The notes beneath the pieces are model-generated. The model searched no databases. It was not told the DNA's origin and saw nothing but the letters and a program-made list of their open reading frames with translations. A stretch of 64,000 nt of DNA, taken from an uncultured delta proteobacterium (GTDB taxonomy: Bacteria; Desulfobacterota; Binatia; UBA9968). Shown piece after piece: positions 28,750 to 38,955 of the stretch (position 1 is its first letter; every line of letters starts with the position of its first letter). The DNA lies in assembly GCA_963804165.1 (NCBI GenBank), contig CAWDPO010000037.1, positions 64,001 to 128,000 on the forward strand. The letters are read 5' to 3'. The position numbers and the translations under genes are program-made.

Positions 28750-29842
28750 TCGACGCCTGATTTCGCATTTCGACTGGACCCTGTTTTTGCTCTCGTTAGT
28801 GTTCGTTGCCATTGGCGTCACGACGATTTACAGCGCCAACTTTGACATGGCGGCCGGACATGCCGGCCCCTTGCCGGTACGGCAGGTGACTTGGTTGGGA
28901 CTCGGCTTGATCGCCATGATTGCGGCGATAAGTTTCGACTATCATTATCTAGACCGGTTAGCCTACCCATTTTTTGGTGCCATGTTGTTGCTGTTGACGT
29001 TGGTGCTGATCATCGGTCACTCCGGCGGCGGCTCGCAGCGTTGGATCAATCTCGGTTTTTTCCGCTTGCAACCTTCTGAACCCGCCAAACTCGCGATTGT
29101 GCTGGTGATGGCGAAATATTTTCAGACCGATGAACCGCCGCGCGGTTATTTTCTGCGCGATCTGTGGGTGCCGTTCGCGCTGGTCGCACCGCTGGTTTTC
29201 TTAACCCTGATCCAGCCGGATTTGGGCACGGCGATCATTCTCGGCATCGTCTTCATCAGCATGATTTTGATGGGCGGGCTGCGGTTGCGCTCCTTTGCGT
29301 ATTTGGTTGGCGCGGGAATCGCCTTTTTGCCCATCGGTTGGCATTTTCTAAAAACCTATCAACGCAATCGGATCCTCACCTTTCTCGACCCCGACCGCGA
29401 TCCGTTGGGTGCCGGGTACCACGTCATTCAATCGCAAATCGCCATCGGTTCCGGTGGACTATTCGGCAAAGGCTATCTCCACGGCACTCAAAACCGGCTC
29501 GATTTCCTGCCGGCGCAGCACACCGATTTTATCTTCGCGGTTTTTTCTGAAGAGTGGGGTTTTACCGGCTGCGCCGCCTTGCTGTTACTGTTTTTCATCA
29601 TGATCGCGTATTGTCTAAGACTCGTGCAGCGGGCCAAGGACCGCTTTGGCGCGCTGCTGATCTTCGGCATGATCGCCATCGTCTTTTGGCACGTCGTCAT
29701 CAACGTCGCCATGGTCGCGGGAGTCATGCCCGTGGTCGGCGTTCCATTGCCCATGGTGAGCTATGGCGGCTCGGCCCTCGCCTCGATGATGTTCGCCATC
29801 GGTGTCATCATGAACGTCAGCATGCGGCGTTTTGTTTTCTGA
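28739..29842 (+). CDS. rodA: Peptidoglycan glycosyltransferase RodA (SEDS)
   Basis: QRWI, LQPSE, QPDLGT, HTDFIF, SYGGS; GTG start overlapping mrdA. Confidence 0.96.
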   Translation: MQIDRRLISHFDWTLFLLSLVFVAIGVTTIYSANFDMAAGHAGPLPVRQVTWLGLGLIAMIAAISFDYHYLDRLAYPFFGAMLLLLTLVLIIGHSGGGSQRWINLGFFRLQPSEPAKLAIVLVMAKYFQTDEPPRGYFLRDLWVPFALVAPLVFLTLIQPDLGTAIILGIVFISMILMGGLRLRSFAYLVGAGIAFLPIGWHFLKTYQRNRILTFLDPDRDPLGAGYHVIQSQIAIGSGGLFGKGYLHGTQNRLDFLPAQHTDFIFAVFSEEWGFTGCAALLLLFFIMIAYCLRLVQRAKDRFGALLIFGMIAIVFWHVVINVAMVAGVMPVVGVPLPMVSYGGSALASMMFAIGVIMNVSMRRFVF

Positions 29843-29883
29843 TTGGGCAACTCGGAACGCGAGTTTTCAATAATCGGTTTCAG

Positions 29884-29946
29884 AAAAAGCAACGGCCGCC
29901 GCGTCGTTAACGCGAGCATTGCTCTCGCATCCGACGCAGGCGGCCG
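29884..29946. terminator. Hairpin between convergent rodA and trxA, probably a terminator
   Basis: CGGCCGCC-GCGTCG...CGACGC-A-GGCGGCCG stem; nearby A-run gives a U-tract on the minus strand. Confidence 0.55.
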
Positions 29947-29974
29947 CTATTGTTGCGCGGGTGGTTTCTTCGGT

Positions 29975-30301
29975 CTACTGCAACGCCTTCTCGATCGCGC
30001 TCACCAATTTCGCTTTCGGCACGGCGCCGACAATTTGTTCTTTGACTGCGCCGCCTTTAAGAATAATTAAATTCGGAATTCCGCGGATGCCGTAGCGCGA
30101 CGCGGTGGCGGGGTGATCGTCTACATTCAGCTTTGTCACTTTGAGCTTGCCTTCATACTCACCGGCGATCTCCTCGACGATCGGCGCGATGGATTTGCAC
30201 GGGCCGCACCAGGGAGCCCAAAAATCGACGAGTACCGGAAGTGCCGACTTTATGACTTCAGTCTCGAAATTGTTATCTCCCACTTCGGTAATTTTGCCCA
30301 T
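29975..30301 (-). CDS. trxA: Thioredoxin
   Basis: WAPWCGPC, 108 aa, AAGGAGG RBS. Confidence 0.97.
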   Translation of the reverse strand: MGKITEVGDNNFETEVIKSALPVLVDFWAPWCGPCKSIAPIVEEIAGEYEGKLKVTKLNVDDHPATASRYGIRGIPNLIILKGGAVKEQIVGAVPKAKLVSAIEKALQ

Positions 30302-30314
30302 TATAGCTACCTCC

Positions 30315-31805
30315 TTAGAGTATCGAGAGAAATTTAAGCAGAGTGCGCACGCCGAATCCAGTGCCGCCTTTGGGGCAAAGCGCGTTGTCGCTTTCGGCGA
30401 ACGCCGGTCCGGCGATATCGAGATGCGCCCAGGGCACTTCGCCGACGAATTCTTGTAAAATCAGCGCCGCGGTGATTGCTCCGCCGTGGGAGCCGCCGAT
30501 GTTTTTCATATCGGCGACGCTGCTTTTGATCATCTCTTTGTACTCTTTGACCAACGGCAACTGCCAGAGTTTCTCGCCGGTCTCTCCGGCGCAACGTAGC
30601 AGCGCATCCGCGAGCGGCTGATTGTTGCTGAACAGCCCGCCGACTTGAGTCCCCAGGGCGACCATGCAGGCTCCAGTGAGCGTCGCCAGATTGATCATGT
30701 AGTCCGGCTTCTGCCCGGCGGCGAGCGCAAGCGCGTCGGCGAGAATCAACCGACCTTCGGCATCCGTGTTCAATACTTCGATCGTCTTGCCGTTCAGATA
30801 ACGGATCACATCGCCCGGCTTCTGCGCGTTGTGCCCAGGCAAGTTATCGGTCGTCGGCACGTAGCCCGTCACTTCTAGATCGAGGCCGAGCTTGGGCAAA
30901 CAGCTCATGGTCGCAATCACCGCGGCGCCGCCGGCCATATCGAGCTTCATGGTTTCCATGGACTTCGACGGTTTGAGCGACAAGCCGCCCGAATCGAAAG
31001 TGATGCCCTTGCCGATCAAGGCAATTTTTTTCTTCGGTCTGCCGGTGGGCCGGTAATGAATTTTTATAAAGCGCGGTTCTTCTTGGCTGCCGCGATTGAC
31101 GGCCAGCAATCCCGCCAGCTTCATCGCTCCGATTTTCTTCTTGTCCCAAACTTCCACAGAGAGTCCCCGCCCGTGGCAATACTTCAAGGCTTGCTCGCCG
31201 AGGAAGCGTGCCGTCGCCACGGACGGTGGTTCGTTGACCAGATCGCGCGCCAAGAAAACTCCGGGGACAATGGTTTGCGCTGCGGTGACGGATTGTTGCA
31301 AACCGACCGTCGGCTTCAATCCCGGCTTGAACAGAGTCAATGACTTAACATCTGCCGGCGGCTTGGAGGTCGAGCGGTATTTACTGAACTGATAAGCGGC
31401 TAACAGCGCGCCTTCGACGAGTGCGCCCGCAGCGCTCTCGGCCTCTTTGTCAGGGGAAAAATAGAGCGCAAGTTCTTCCGCGCCTGCCGTCGCGGCTTCC
31501 TTGCGCGCCTGCGCACCGATCTTTCGCCAAGTATCCGCGCTATCCGCATTGCCGCCGAGCCCGATCAGCAAAAGCTGCGCGGCCGGCAGCATTCCGGCAG
31601 TGGGGTAGATGAGCGCGCCGCCTTCGGCGCCAGTAAATTTACTCTTGTGAATGCGCGCGCGCAGATGGCCTTTCACGCGACGATCTAAAGCTCGAATCAA
31701 CGGTTCGTCGAGATTCTTTTCCCGGATGGGAATGACGAGGAGATCCGTCTTGATTCGTTCCGCGTGGGTATCGCGAAAGTTGATCTGCATTGCGTTCTCG
31801 CTCAA
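30315..31805 (-). CDS. pepA: Leucyl aminopeptidase (M17); the start may instead be ATG 31790
   Basis: [30 protein letters not shown]. Confidence 0.95.
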   Translation of the reverse strand: MSENAMQINFRDTHAERIKTDLLVIPIREKNLDEPLIRALDRRVKGHLRARIHKSKFTGAEGGALIYPTAGMLPAAQLLLIGLGGNADSADTWRKIGAQARKEAATAGAEELALYFSPDKEAESAAGALVEGALLAAYQFSKYRSTSKPPADVKSLTLFKPGLKPTVGLQQSVTAAQTIVPGVFLARDLVNEPPSVATARFLGEQALKYCHGRGLSVEVWDKKKIGAMKLAGLLAVNRGSQEEPRFIKIHYRPTGRPKKKIALIGKGITFDSGGLSLKPSKSMETMKLDMAGGAAVIATMSCLPKLGLDLEVTGYVPTTDNLPGHNAQKPGDVIRYLNGKTIEVLNTDAEGRLILADALALAAGQKPDYMINLATLTGACMVALGTQVGGLFSNNQPLADALLRCAGETGEKLWQLPLVKEYKEMIKSSVADMKNIGGSHGGAITAALILQEFVGEVPWAHLDIAGPAFAESDNALCPKGGTGFGVRTLLKFLSIL

Positions 31806-32350
31806 GTCTTCTGTCGGATCAATGTCATAAATTCGTTGCGAGTGTCTTGGCGCGTGCGAAATGCGCCGAGCAGACTGCTGGTGATCACAAAGGAATTCTG
31901 CTTTTCGACGCCGCGCATGCGCATGCAGAGATGCTCGGCCTCGAGCACCACGGCTACGCCACGGGCGTCGAGCCTCTCCATGATCGTGGTGGCGATCTGA
32001 TTGGTCATCCGTTCCTGCACCTGCAAGCGGCGCGCAAAAACGTCGACCAAACGAGCCAGCTTGGAGATGCCGACGATCTTATGATGCGGAATATACGCGA
32101 CATGAGCTTTGCCGAAAAAAGGCAGCATGTGGTGCTCGCACAGGGAAAAAAAATCTATGTCTTTCTGCAGGATCATCTCTTCGTAGTTTTCGGTGAAGAG
32201 GGCATCGTTGATGACCTTCTCGGGATCCATCGCATATCCCCGGGTCAAATAGGACAGAGCTTGGGCGACGCGATGCGGTGTTTTCAAGAGACCTTCTCGA
32301 TCTGGATCTTCACCGATCGCTTTGAGAATGTGACGAATCTGTTCTTCCAT
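31802..32350 (-). CDS. folE: GTP cyclohydrolase I
   Basis: [30 protein letters not shown]. Confidence 0.97.
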   Translation of the reverse strand: MEEQIRHILKAIGEDPDREGLLKTPHRVAQALSYLTRGYAMDPEKVINDALFTENYEEMILQKDIDFFSLCEHHMLPFFGKAHVAYIPHHKIVGISKLARLVDVFARRLQVQERMTNQIATTIMERLDARGVAVVLEAEHLCMRMRGVEKQNSFVITSSLLGAFRTRQDTRNEFMTLIRQKT

Positions 32351-32463
32351 TGTGGCTCCGTTGAGGTTCGAGATGTTCGGCTAACAGGTGGATACCGCGT
32401 TTATCCGCGGCAAAGTCTAAAAAAATTAGCATTAAGCCGAGGACGGGTCAAACCAGCAGTCGA

Positions 32464-33201
32464 TTAGAGGCGTTGGAGCAACCAGTGCGGCGTGAAGCGT
32501 AAGACGTAGGCATTGAGCATGGTCATATAGTCGGAGATCAATAAAATGCCGGCAATAATCAGCAGCACGCCGCCGGCAACGTGAATCGCTTGCACGTAAC
32601 GGCGCAGGCGCTGGGAGAACTGAAAAAAAGAATTGATCGCCAGCGCGCTCAAAAAAAATGGCAAGCCAAGCCCCGCTGCGTAGCTCGTCAGCAACATCGT
32701 GCCGCGGCCCACTTCCCCGGCCGTGCTGGCAAGCGCCAACGTCGCTCCCAAAATCGGACCGACGCAAGGCGTCCAAGCCACGGCAAAAGTTACCCCCACG
32801 AGTATCGAGCCGAGATAGCCCGCCGGCTTGTCCTTGAGATTAAACTGCAGGTAACGATCGAGCGCGGCGATCTTGAAAAGCCCGACGAGATAAAGTCCGA
32901 CGAGGAGAATAAACGCTCCGCCGAGAATTCGGATCGTGTCTCGATAACCAAGGAAAAGCCCGCCGAGAAAGCTCGCCGACGCGCCGAGGGAGATAAAAAC
33001 CAGTGAAAAGCCGACGATAAACGCCAGCGAATTCAGCACGACGCGCCAACGAACGCGGCTGCGACCCTGTTCGCTGCGCATTTCATCGAGGGAAACGCCG
33101 GAGACAAAAGAGAGGTAGGACGGAATCAGCGGCAAAACACAGGGCGACAGAAAAGAAAAAACACCGGCGGCGAAGGCGACGAAAAAATTAACGTCGGTCA
33201 T
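32464..33201 (-). CDS. ccdA: Cytochrome c biogenesis protein CcdA
   Basis: SFLSPCVLP and WTPCVGP. Confidence 0.92.
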   Translation of the reverse strand: MTDVNFFVAFAAGVFSFLSPCVLPLIPSYLSFVSGVSLDEMRSEQGRSRVRWRVVLNSLAFIVGFSLVFISLGASASFLGGLFLGYRDTIRILGGAFILLVGLYLVGLFKIAALDRYLQFNLKDKPAGYLGSILVGVTFAVAWTPCVGPILGATLALASTAGEVGRGTMLLTSYAAGLGLPFFLSALAINSFFQFSQRLRRYVQAIHVAGGVLLIIAGILLISDYMTMLNAYVLRFTPHWLLQRL

Positions 33202-33761
33202 CTTTTTCCGTCGAGCAGATCTTTGACCAACTTGCGAGCACCGCTGCCATACCACTCCGCCGGCCCCCAGCCGCGCGCTAATCCTTCGCCGTTAGGTCCG
33301 ATTAAATAGGTCGCCGGAAGGCCCCAGGCGCCGTAGAGGCTGCCGACCTGAGCTTCAGGATCGAGCGCGATCGGATAACTGATTTTAAGCTCCTTGACGA
33401 AGTCGATGGCGTCTTGTTTGCGGTCTTTGACGGCAATCGCCAGCACGACGAAGTTCTTCTGTTTGTATTCCAGATATAACTTTTCCATCGCCGGCATCTC
33501 TTCCCGGCAAGGCACGCACCAGCTCGCCCAGAAATTCAACAGAACGATTTTGCCACGGAAATCTTTTAGAGATATCTTCTTTCCGTCCGGGGTGCTCAAG
33601 TTGAATTCCGGTGTCGGCCCGACTTCCTTCATCGGCTGAAGGATGGGCACGACCTTGTAATCAATTTTTGACTGGCTCCAGACGGGCGAAAAACTCGACG
33701 CGGCCGAAGCTCCGAGCAGAACGATGGCAAGCAATAAATGGCGACCCCTTCGCATTCTCAT
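33198..33761 (-). CDS. TlpA/ResA-family thiol-disulfide oxidoreductase
   Basis: LNFWASWCVPCREEMP, GLPATY; signal-like N-terminus from ATG 33761. Confidence 0.88.
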   Translation of the reverse strand: MRMRRGRHLLLAIVLLGASAASSFSPVWSQSKIDYKVVPILQPMKEVGPTPEFNLSTPDGKKISLKDFRGKIVLLNFWASWCVPCREEMPAMEKLYLEYKQKNFVVLAIAVKDRKQDAIDFVKELKISYPIALDPEAQVGSLYGAWGLPATYLIGPNGEGLARGWGPAEWYGSGARKLVKDLLDGKR

Positions 33762-33919
33762 ATCGACATTCACTGTAGCCAACAGGTCACGCGGACGCAA
33801 TACTCGCCCATGGACCAACTCATGGACGAGTCGAAAAGTTCCCGAAAAAAAAGACAACCGCTTATTGGACCCGAAAGGAAGGAAAAAATTCGCGATGAAC
33901 TGAAGCGCAATAAACAACT

Positions 33920-33962
33920 AAAAACACAAGGCCCTCCAAGTAGTGTACCGGAGGGCTCTGTG
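33920..33962 (-). terminator. Intrinsic terminator closing the microprotein transcript
   Basis: Minus strand CACAGAGCCCTCC...GGAGGGCCTTGTG followed by TTTTT. Confidence 0.75.
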
Positions 33963-34016
33963 CATTAGGGTAACCAGAACAGTTACCTTATCGCCTGAGA
34001 GTAAGGAGGGTTTACA

Positions 34017-34031
34017 TCACCACCACCACAT
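34017..34031 (-). other. Micro-ORF Met-Trp-Trp-Trp-stop
   Basis: ATG TGG TGG TGG TGA, with GGAG 9 nt upstream, 17 nt after the microprotein stop. Confidence 0.3.
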
Positions 34032-34048
34032 CCTCAACAACTCCGCGC

Positions 34049-34099
34049 TTACTTCTTTTTCTTTTTGGCTTTCTTTTTGGCTTTTTTCTTAGCAGCCAT
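34049..34099 (-). CDS. 16-aa Lys/Ala microprotein MAAKKKAKKKAKKKKK
   Basis: AAAAGGAGGTGCTT-ATG (near-ideal SD), TAA stop, own promoter and terminator. Confidence 0.7.
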   Translation of the reverse strand: MAAKKKAKKKAKKKKK

Positions 34100-34213
34100 A
34101 AGCACCTCCTTTTAGGATTCCACGGGTGGGCTTTTTCGGTTGACGGGCGTTAAAACATGACTCAGGCAAGAGAGACGAATATCAAAACCCTCCCATATTT
34201 TGTAGGTGATTTG

Positions 34214-34243
34214 ATTATTAAGGCACAACAAATTGTATGTCAA
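34214..34243 (-). promoter_or_regulatory. sigma70-type promoter for the microprotein transcript
   Basis: TTGACA-N17-TAATAAT with AT-rich upstream sequence. Confidence 0.65.
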
Positions 34244-34596
34244 GAAAAAAATGTCATTTTACAAAATAAATTATCGATCGGAGCAAATCTTAGTGTGTTC
34301 ATACCAAGCTCAATTTTGGCGATTTAGCGGCAATGAAGGTGCACCGATGAGTAGCCACAATCAGCAGAGCGTTTTATTTCTAAACTTTCGATGAGAAGTC
34401 TCGAAATGCTGCTCCGTGGCGGAAATATTTGGCGCGGCACCTGCGGTGGTACCCACACGGGGGCGCGTGCGCCGTTGATGTCAGCTTTCCAGATTTCCGA
34501 GCGCTTGACCTGTTTTCTTTCAGAATTGACGGGGCGAACTCATTGTTCACGTTGCCGGCGCATCGGCCGCCACGGGACTCTTTCTCTCGACTTCAC

Positions 34597-35940
34597 TTAG
34601 CTAATGTCCAGTGCCTTAATGAGTTTTAACAAGTGACTGCGGTGTAGTCCGAGGGCTTTCGCCGCCGTTGCGCGATTGCCCTGCGCGCGCGCCAGCGCGT
34701 TGACAATCAACGCGCGCCGATGACTGTTGACGGCATCATGAAACGGTTGAGTCGGCGGGGATAACTTCCCAATGCCTATCACCCGGGTCGGCAGGTGATC
34801 CACGGTGAAGCGGGGTCCGTCGCCCAGGACGACGCCGCGTTCGAGTACATTTGCCAGCTCGCGCACGTTTCCCGGCCAGGAGTAGGTAGATAACTTCTGT
34901 AAAGCGTCCTCGGTGATTTCACTAAAGGTCTTTTTCGTTTCGGATCCGAAGCGGCGCAAAAAATAGTCGGCGAGGTGAGGAATATCTTCTTGGCGGTCGC
35001 GTAACGAAGGCAGTCCAATGGCGATGACATTCAAGCGATGGTAAAGATCCTCGCGAAAAGAGCCGCGCTTGACCGTGTCTTCGAGGTCCTGATTGGTCGC
35101 TGCGATGATTTTCACGTCCACCCCGATGGGTTGTATCCCGCCGATTCGCTCGAACTCACGCTCCTGCAGGAAGCGCAGCAGCTTGGTTTGCAGCTCCGGC
35201 GAAATATCCCCGACCTCGTCGAGAAATACCGTTCCGCCGTCGGCGGCTTCCATCTTCCCCTTCTTCAATTGATGCGCCCCCGTGAAAGCGCCTTTTTCGT
35301 GTCCGAAAAGTTCGCTTTCCAGGAGTTCTTTGGAAAGCCCGGCGCAATTGATTGCGACGAACGGCCGAGCCGCCCGATCGCTCCATTCGTGAATCGAGCG
35401 CGCGAATAATTCCTTGCCCGTACCACTTTCTCCCAGCAGGAGCACAGTCGTTCTGCTGCTTGCAGCTTTCTTCGCTTCTTCGATCGCCCGCGCCATCACC
35501 GCGCTCTTTCCCACAACCAGTCGGTAGCGGCCGGCCAATTCTCGGCTAAGAAGCTCCACTTCGGATTTGAGCCGGGCTCTTTCCAAAGCTTTGCTTACGA
35601 CTAAGGCCAAATGGTCCGGATCGAAGGGCTTGGTGACAAAGTCCTCCGCGCCGCTCTTGATCGCTCCAACCGCGCGCTCGATGGTCCCATAAGCTGTGAT
35701 CATTATCACGGGAAGATCGGGCTGGGTTTTTTTGATTTCTTCCAGGACTTCGATGCCGTTCATTCCGGGCATCTGGTAGTCCAGCAGAACAAGGTCCACG
35801 GGAGTCGCGGCAAGCTTCTCCAGCGCAGTTCGGCCGTTCTCGGCTTTTTCAATGCCGTAGCCCAGGTCGGTCAACTCTTGCTCCAGCAAATCGAGATTCA
35901 GTGGTTCGTCGTCGACCAGGAGGATTTTCTGTGGCATCAA
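34597..35940 (-). CDS. sigma54-dependent response regulator (REC-AAA+-Fis HTH; NtrC/AtoC family)
   Basis: VDDE/LLDYQMP receiver, [36 protein letters not shown]-terminal HTH. Confidence 0.95.
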   Translation of the reverse strand: MMPQKILLVDDEPLNLDLLEQELTDLGYGIEKAENGRTALEKLAATPVDLVLLDYQMPGMNGIEVLEEIKKTQPDLPVIMITAYGTIERAVGAIKSGAEDFVTKPFDPDHLALVVSKALERARLKSEVELLSRELAGRYRLVVGKSAVMARAIEEAKKAASSRTTVLLLGESGTGKELFARSIHEWSDRAARPFVAINCAGLSKELLESELFGHEKGAFTGAHQLKKGKMEAADGGTVFLDEVGDISPELQTKLLRFLQEREFERIGGIQPIGVDVKIIAATNQDLEDTVKRGSFREDLYHRLNVIAIGLPSLRDRQEDIPHLADYFLRRFGSETKKTFSEITEDALQKLSTYSWPGNVRELANVLERGVVLGDGPRFTVDHLPTRVIGIGKLSPPTQPFHDAVNSHRRALIVNALARAQGNRATAAKALGLHRSHLLKLIKALDIS

Positions 35941-36143
35941 TTACTCCTCGTAATGGTCGGTCCGAGTTTGCTCACTTGTCTCTCAAACGGCTTACTGAAT
36001 AACGTGTCTAACAACTCTTAGGTATCATCGGCGCCGTGCCATGTTCTCGCGGCCTGGCCATGAGGATATATATCAATGTGGAAGGAATGATCAAAAAACC
36101 AAAGACAACAATTCTGGCGTGCAGAGACACTCCCGATTCCTTC

Positions 36144-37841
36144 TCATGCCCTGAAAAGCTCCCCCATGCGCCGACCAAAAAAGCGGCCGGCGATGAAAAG
36201 ACTTCCAGCCAAAAGCACCAGCCCCAAAATCCCCATCGCGCTCGCGATATAAGGGCCATCTGCGATTCGCCCCAGAAGGGCGTAGATCGCTTTTGTTATG
36301 GGATAATACTGCTCTTTCGAGGCAAGAATGAGACTGTCGCTGACCTCCAGCATGGCGAATGAAAATGACAGCACCGCCCCCGCTATGAGGTTGGCGAATA
36401 TCAGCGGCATGGTGATTTGATAGAGAGCCTTCATCGGACTGGCGCCGAGGTTTATGGCAGCTTCTTCGAGGACGACGCTAGTTTGTTGGAAGCCGGCGTA
36501 AGCCGCGCGTACCATATAGGGCAGTCGGCGCACCGCGTACGCAATAACCAGCAGTGGAACCGGATTGGCGCGGGCATCGAGCGGTGTTGCCGAGAACGCT
36601 GCGACATAACCAAAGGCCAAGACGAGACCAGGAAGCGCCAGAGGAAGCATCGCAAGTGCATCCAGGACACCTCGACCCGGCACTCGCTTGCGGGCCAAAA
36701 GGTAAGCGATGGTAACCCCAAGGACGACGTCGATGATCGTGCTCAGACTGCTCAGCAAGAGACTGTTTTTGATACTGAGGAGCGCGAGGTCATGGCTAAA
36801 TACATTGGCATAAAACTGAACGGTGTATTCACTGGGAAGTACGCTCAAGAACCAGCGCTTCGTCACCGACGTCAGTAAAACGCCTAGATGAGGAATGAGA
36901 GCCAGCGCTGAAATGCTCAGGACGACGCCGTAGGCGATGACGGTCATGGATGCTGACGCGGGGCGCATGGACGACGCGACATGGCCGCGGCCAAGCATCT
37001 CGTAACTGCCCCCGCCCAGGATGCGTTTCGACAGATAAAAGAAAAAAAGCGTGAGCGCAATGACGGCCACCACGAACGTGTAGCCCATCGGATTTTGATG
37101 CAGATCGGTCACCATGTTGAAAATCTGCACTGCGACGACTTCGCGATATTCAAAAACCAGCGGCGTGCCGAGGTCGGTGAACGCCCAGATGAAGACGATG
37201 ATCGCCCCGGCAAAATAACCGGGAAGCATCAAAGGAAAAGTAACTGTACGAAAAAGCTTGAAGCTATTTGCCCCCATGTTTTTCGCCGCTTCCTCAAGGC
37301 TGGGGTCGACATTGGCCAGGGCTGCCGCCAAATTCAAATACATGATCGGGTAAAGATGCAGCGACTCCAGGATCACCACACCCCAAAAACTCCCGCCACC
37401 CAGCCAGTCGATGGGCTGGCTGATCACGCCCATCTCCAGCAGCAACAGATTGATAGATCCAAAACGCGCCAGCAGTTGACGCATGCCGATCGCCCCGACG
37501 AACGGCGGCAGCACCATGGGAATCAATATGAGACCGTTCAATAACCCCTTGCCGGGAAAATTATAACGCACCAGCAGGAAGGCTAGGGGAAGGCTGAGCA
37601 GAGTCGTAAATAACGTCACAGCCAATCCCAAATTGACGCTGTTGGCGAGGATGATCGTGTAGTTCGGGCTAGAAAACATGAGTTTTATGAAGACCAGAGA
37701 AAACCCTTCAGCCGTGAAAAAAGCGTTGGAAAAAACGTAACCGAGGGGATACAGCATGAAGACAATGAAAAACGCCCAGAGGAAGATGAGCACCGCGGCA
37801 TTGGCGGGGTTCAAGTCATAGCGACGCAACCAGCTAGTCAC
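36144..37841 (-). CDS. Fe(III)-type ABC transporter permease (FbpB-like, duplicated module)
   Basis: Two EAA motifs (LEEAAKNMGA, LEEAAINLGA), TDLGTPL; GTG 37841 with AGGAGG RBS. Confidence 0.85.
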   Translation of the reverse strand: MTSWLRRYDLNPANAAVLIFLWAFFIVFMLYPLGYVFSNAFFTAEGFSLVFIKLMFSSPNYTIILANSVNLGLAVTLFTTLLSLPLAFLLVRYNFPGKGLLNGLILIPMVLPPFVGAIGMRQLLARFGSINLLLLEMGVISQPIDWLGGGSFWGVVILESLHLYPIMYLNLAAALANVDPSLEEAAKNMGANSFKLFRTVTFPLMLPGYFAGAIIVFIWAFTDLGTPLVFEYREVVAVQIFNMVTDLHQNPMGYTFVVAVIALTLFFFYLSKRILGGGSYEMLGRGHVASSMRPASASMTVIAYGVVLSISALALIPHLGVLLTSVTKRWFLSVLPSEYTVQFYANVFSHDLALLSIKNSLLLSSLSTIIDVVLGVTIAYLLARKRVPGRGVLDALAMLPLALPGLVLAFGYVAAFSATPLDARANPVPLLVIAYAVRRLPYMVRAAYAGFQQTSVVLEEAAINLGASPMKALYQITMPLIFANLIAGAVLSFSFAMLEVSDSLILASKEQYYPITKAIYALLGRIADGPYIASAMGILGLVLLAGSLFIAGRFFGRRMGELFRA

Positions 37842-38940
37842 CCAACTCCTCCTGGGGCAACACGACGACAGCCTGGGCATCAAATTGTAGCGCGAGTCGG
37901 TCGCCGACTTGAGCTTTCCTCGCTGTCGGGTTGTACTCCACGGCATGCATTGTGACGTCGTCGGCGAGACGCAAGGAGTATTGTTCATTGTCGCCGAGGT
38001 ACATGATGCTTTGCACCTCGGCGAGCAGCTGGTTGGTCGCTTCGGATGGTGGAATACCGCTTGATTCGGCGGCGGGCTTTAATTGCACAGATTCCGGCCG
38101 TACCGAGCAATAAACCGTGTCGCCTCGCTCTATTCCTTTGACACCGTTTCTCGCACGCACAATGCCGGCTTGAGTTTTAACCCTTAACAGATCGCCCACC
38201 TCTTCCAGCGTTCCGCGTAGTAGATTAGTCCCACCGATGAACTGGGCGACAAATGCTGATTCAGGCCGAGTGTACAGCTCATGGGGTGTGCCAACCTGGA
38301 CGAGCCGGCCACGGCGCATCACCGCAATGCGGTCCGCCATGGACAGGGCCTCGGCCTGGTCGTGGGTCACGTAGATCATCGTGCGCCCGATTTTACGGTG
38401 GATCTCTTTGATTTGCGTGCGCATTTCTATTCGCAGTTTGGCGTCGAGATTGGACAACGGCTCATCCAGTAAGACGACGTCCGGTTCGATCACCAAGGCA
38501 CGAGCGAGAGCGACTCGTTGTTGCTGCCCGCCTGAAAGCTGATTCGGCATGCGCTCGGCATAGGCGTGCATGTGGACGATTTCGAGGGCGTGTCTAACCC
38601 GCTGGTCTTTCTCGGCTCGTGATACACGGCGCATTTTTAGTCCGTAGGCAACGTTACTTTGAACGTCCATATGCGGCCACAGCGCATAGTTTTGAAAAAC
38701 CATGCCGGTGTTGCGTTTGTGAGGCGGCACCCGGCTCTGATCTGCGCCATTAAAAAGTATTTGGCCTTCGTCCGGAATATAAAACCCGGCGACCGTACGA
38801 AGCGCGGTGGTTTTGCCGCAGCCGGACGGCCCCAAAAGAAAGAACAGTTCCCCGGCGCCGATGTCCAAAGTCAGGTTGTCGACTGCCCTGGACTGGCCGA
38901 GGATCTTGGTGACAGAGTCAAATTTTACGCTAACCGCCAT
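37834..38940 (-). CDS. ABC transporter ATP-binding protein (FbpC/PotA-like, TOBE)
   Basis: GPSGCGKT, LSGGQQQR, LLDEP, YVTHDQ. Confidence 0.92.
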   Translation of the reverse strand: MAVSVKFDSVTKILGQSRAVDNLTLDIGAGELFFLLGPSGCGKTTALRTVAGFYIPDEGQILFNGADQSRVPPHKRNTGMVFQNYALWPHMDVQSNVAYGLKMRRVSRAEKDQRVRHALEIVHMHAYAERMPNQLSGGQQQRVALARALVIEPDVVLLDEPLSNLDAKLRIEMRTQIKEIHRKIGRTMIYVTHDQAEALSMADRIAVMRRGRLVQVGTPHELYTRPESAFVAQFIGGTNLLRGTLEEVGDLLRVKTQAGIVRARNGVKGIERGDTVYCSVRPESVQLKPAAESSGIPPSEATNQLLAEVQSIMYLGDNEQYSLRLADDVTMHAVEYNPTARKAQVGDRLALQFDAQAVVVLPQEELGD

Positions 38941-38955
38941 GTTATGTTGTGGACT

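Noticed and set aside
33738-33968. 76-aa plus-strand ORF, and the 52-aa N-terminal extension of tlpA
   Set aside because: No RBS or motif; the plus ORF runs across the terminator hairpin and the tlpA upstream region
36008-36259. 83-aa minus-strand ORF with a hydrophobic stretch
   Set aside because: Overlaps the permease 3' end and has no convincing start or motif; a short TM peptide cannot be excluded
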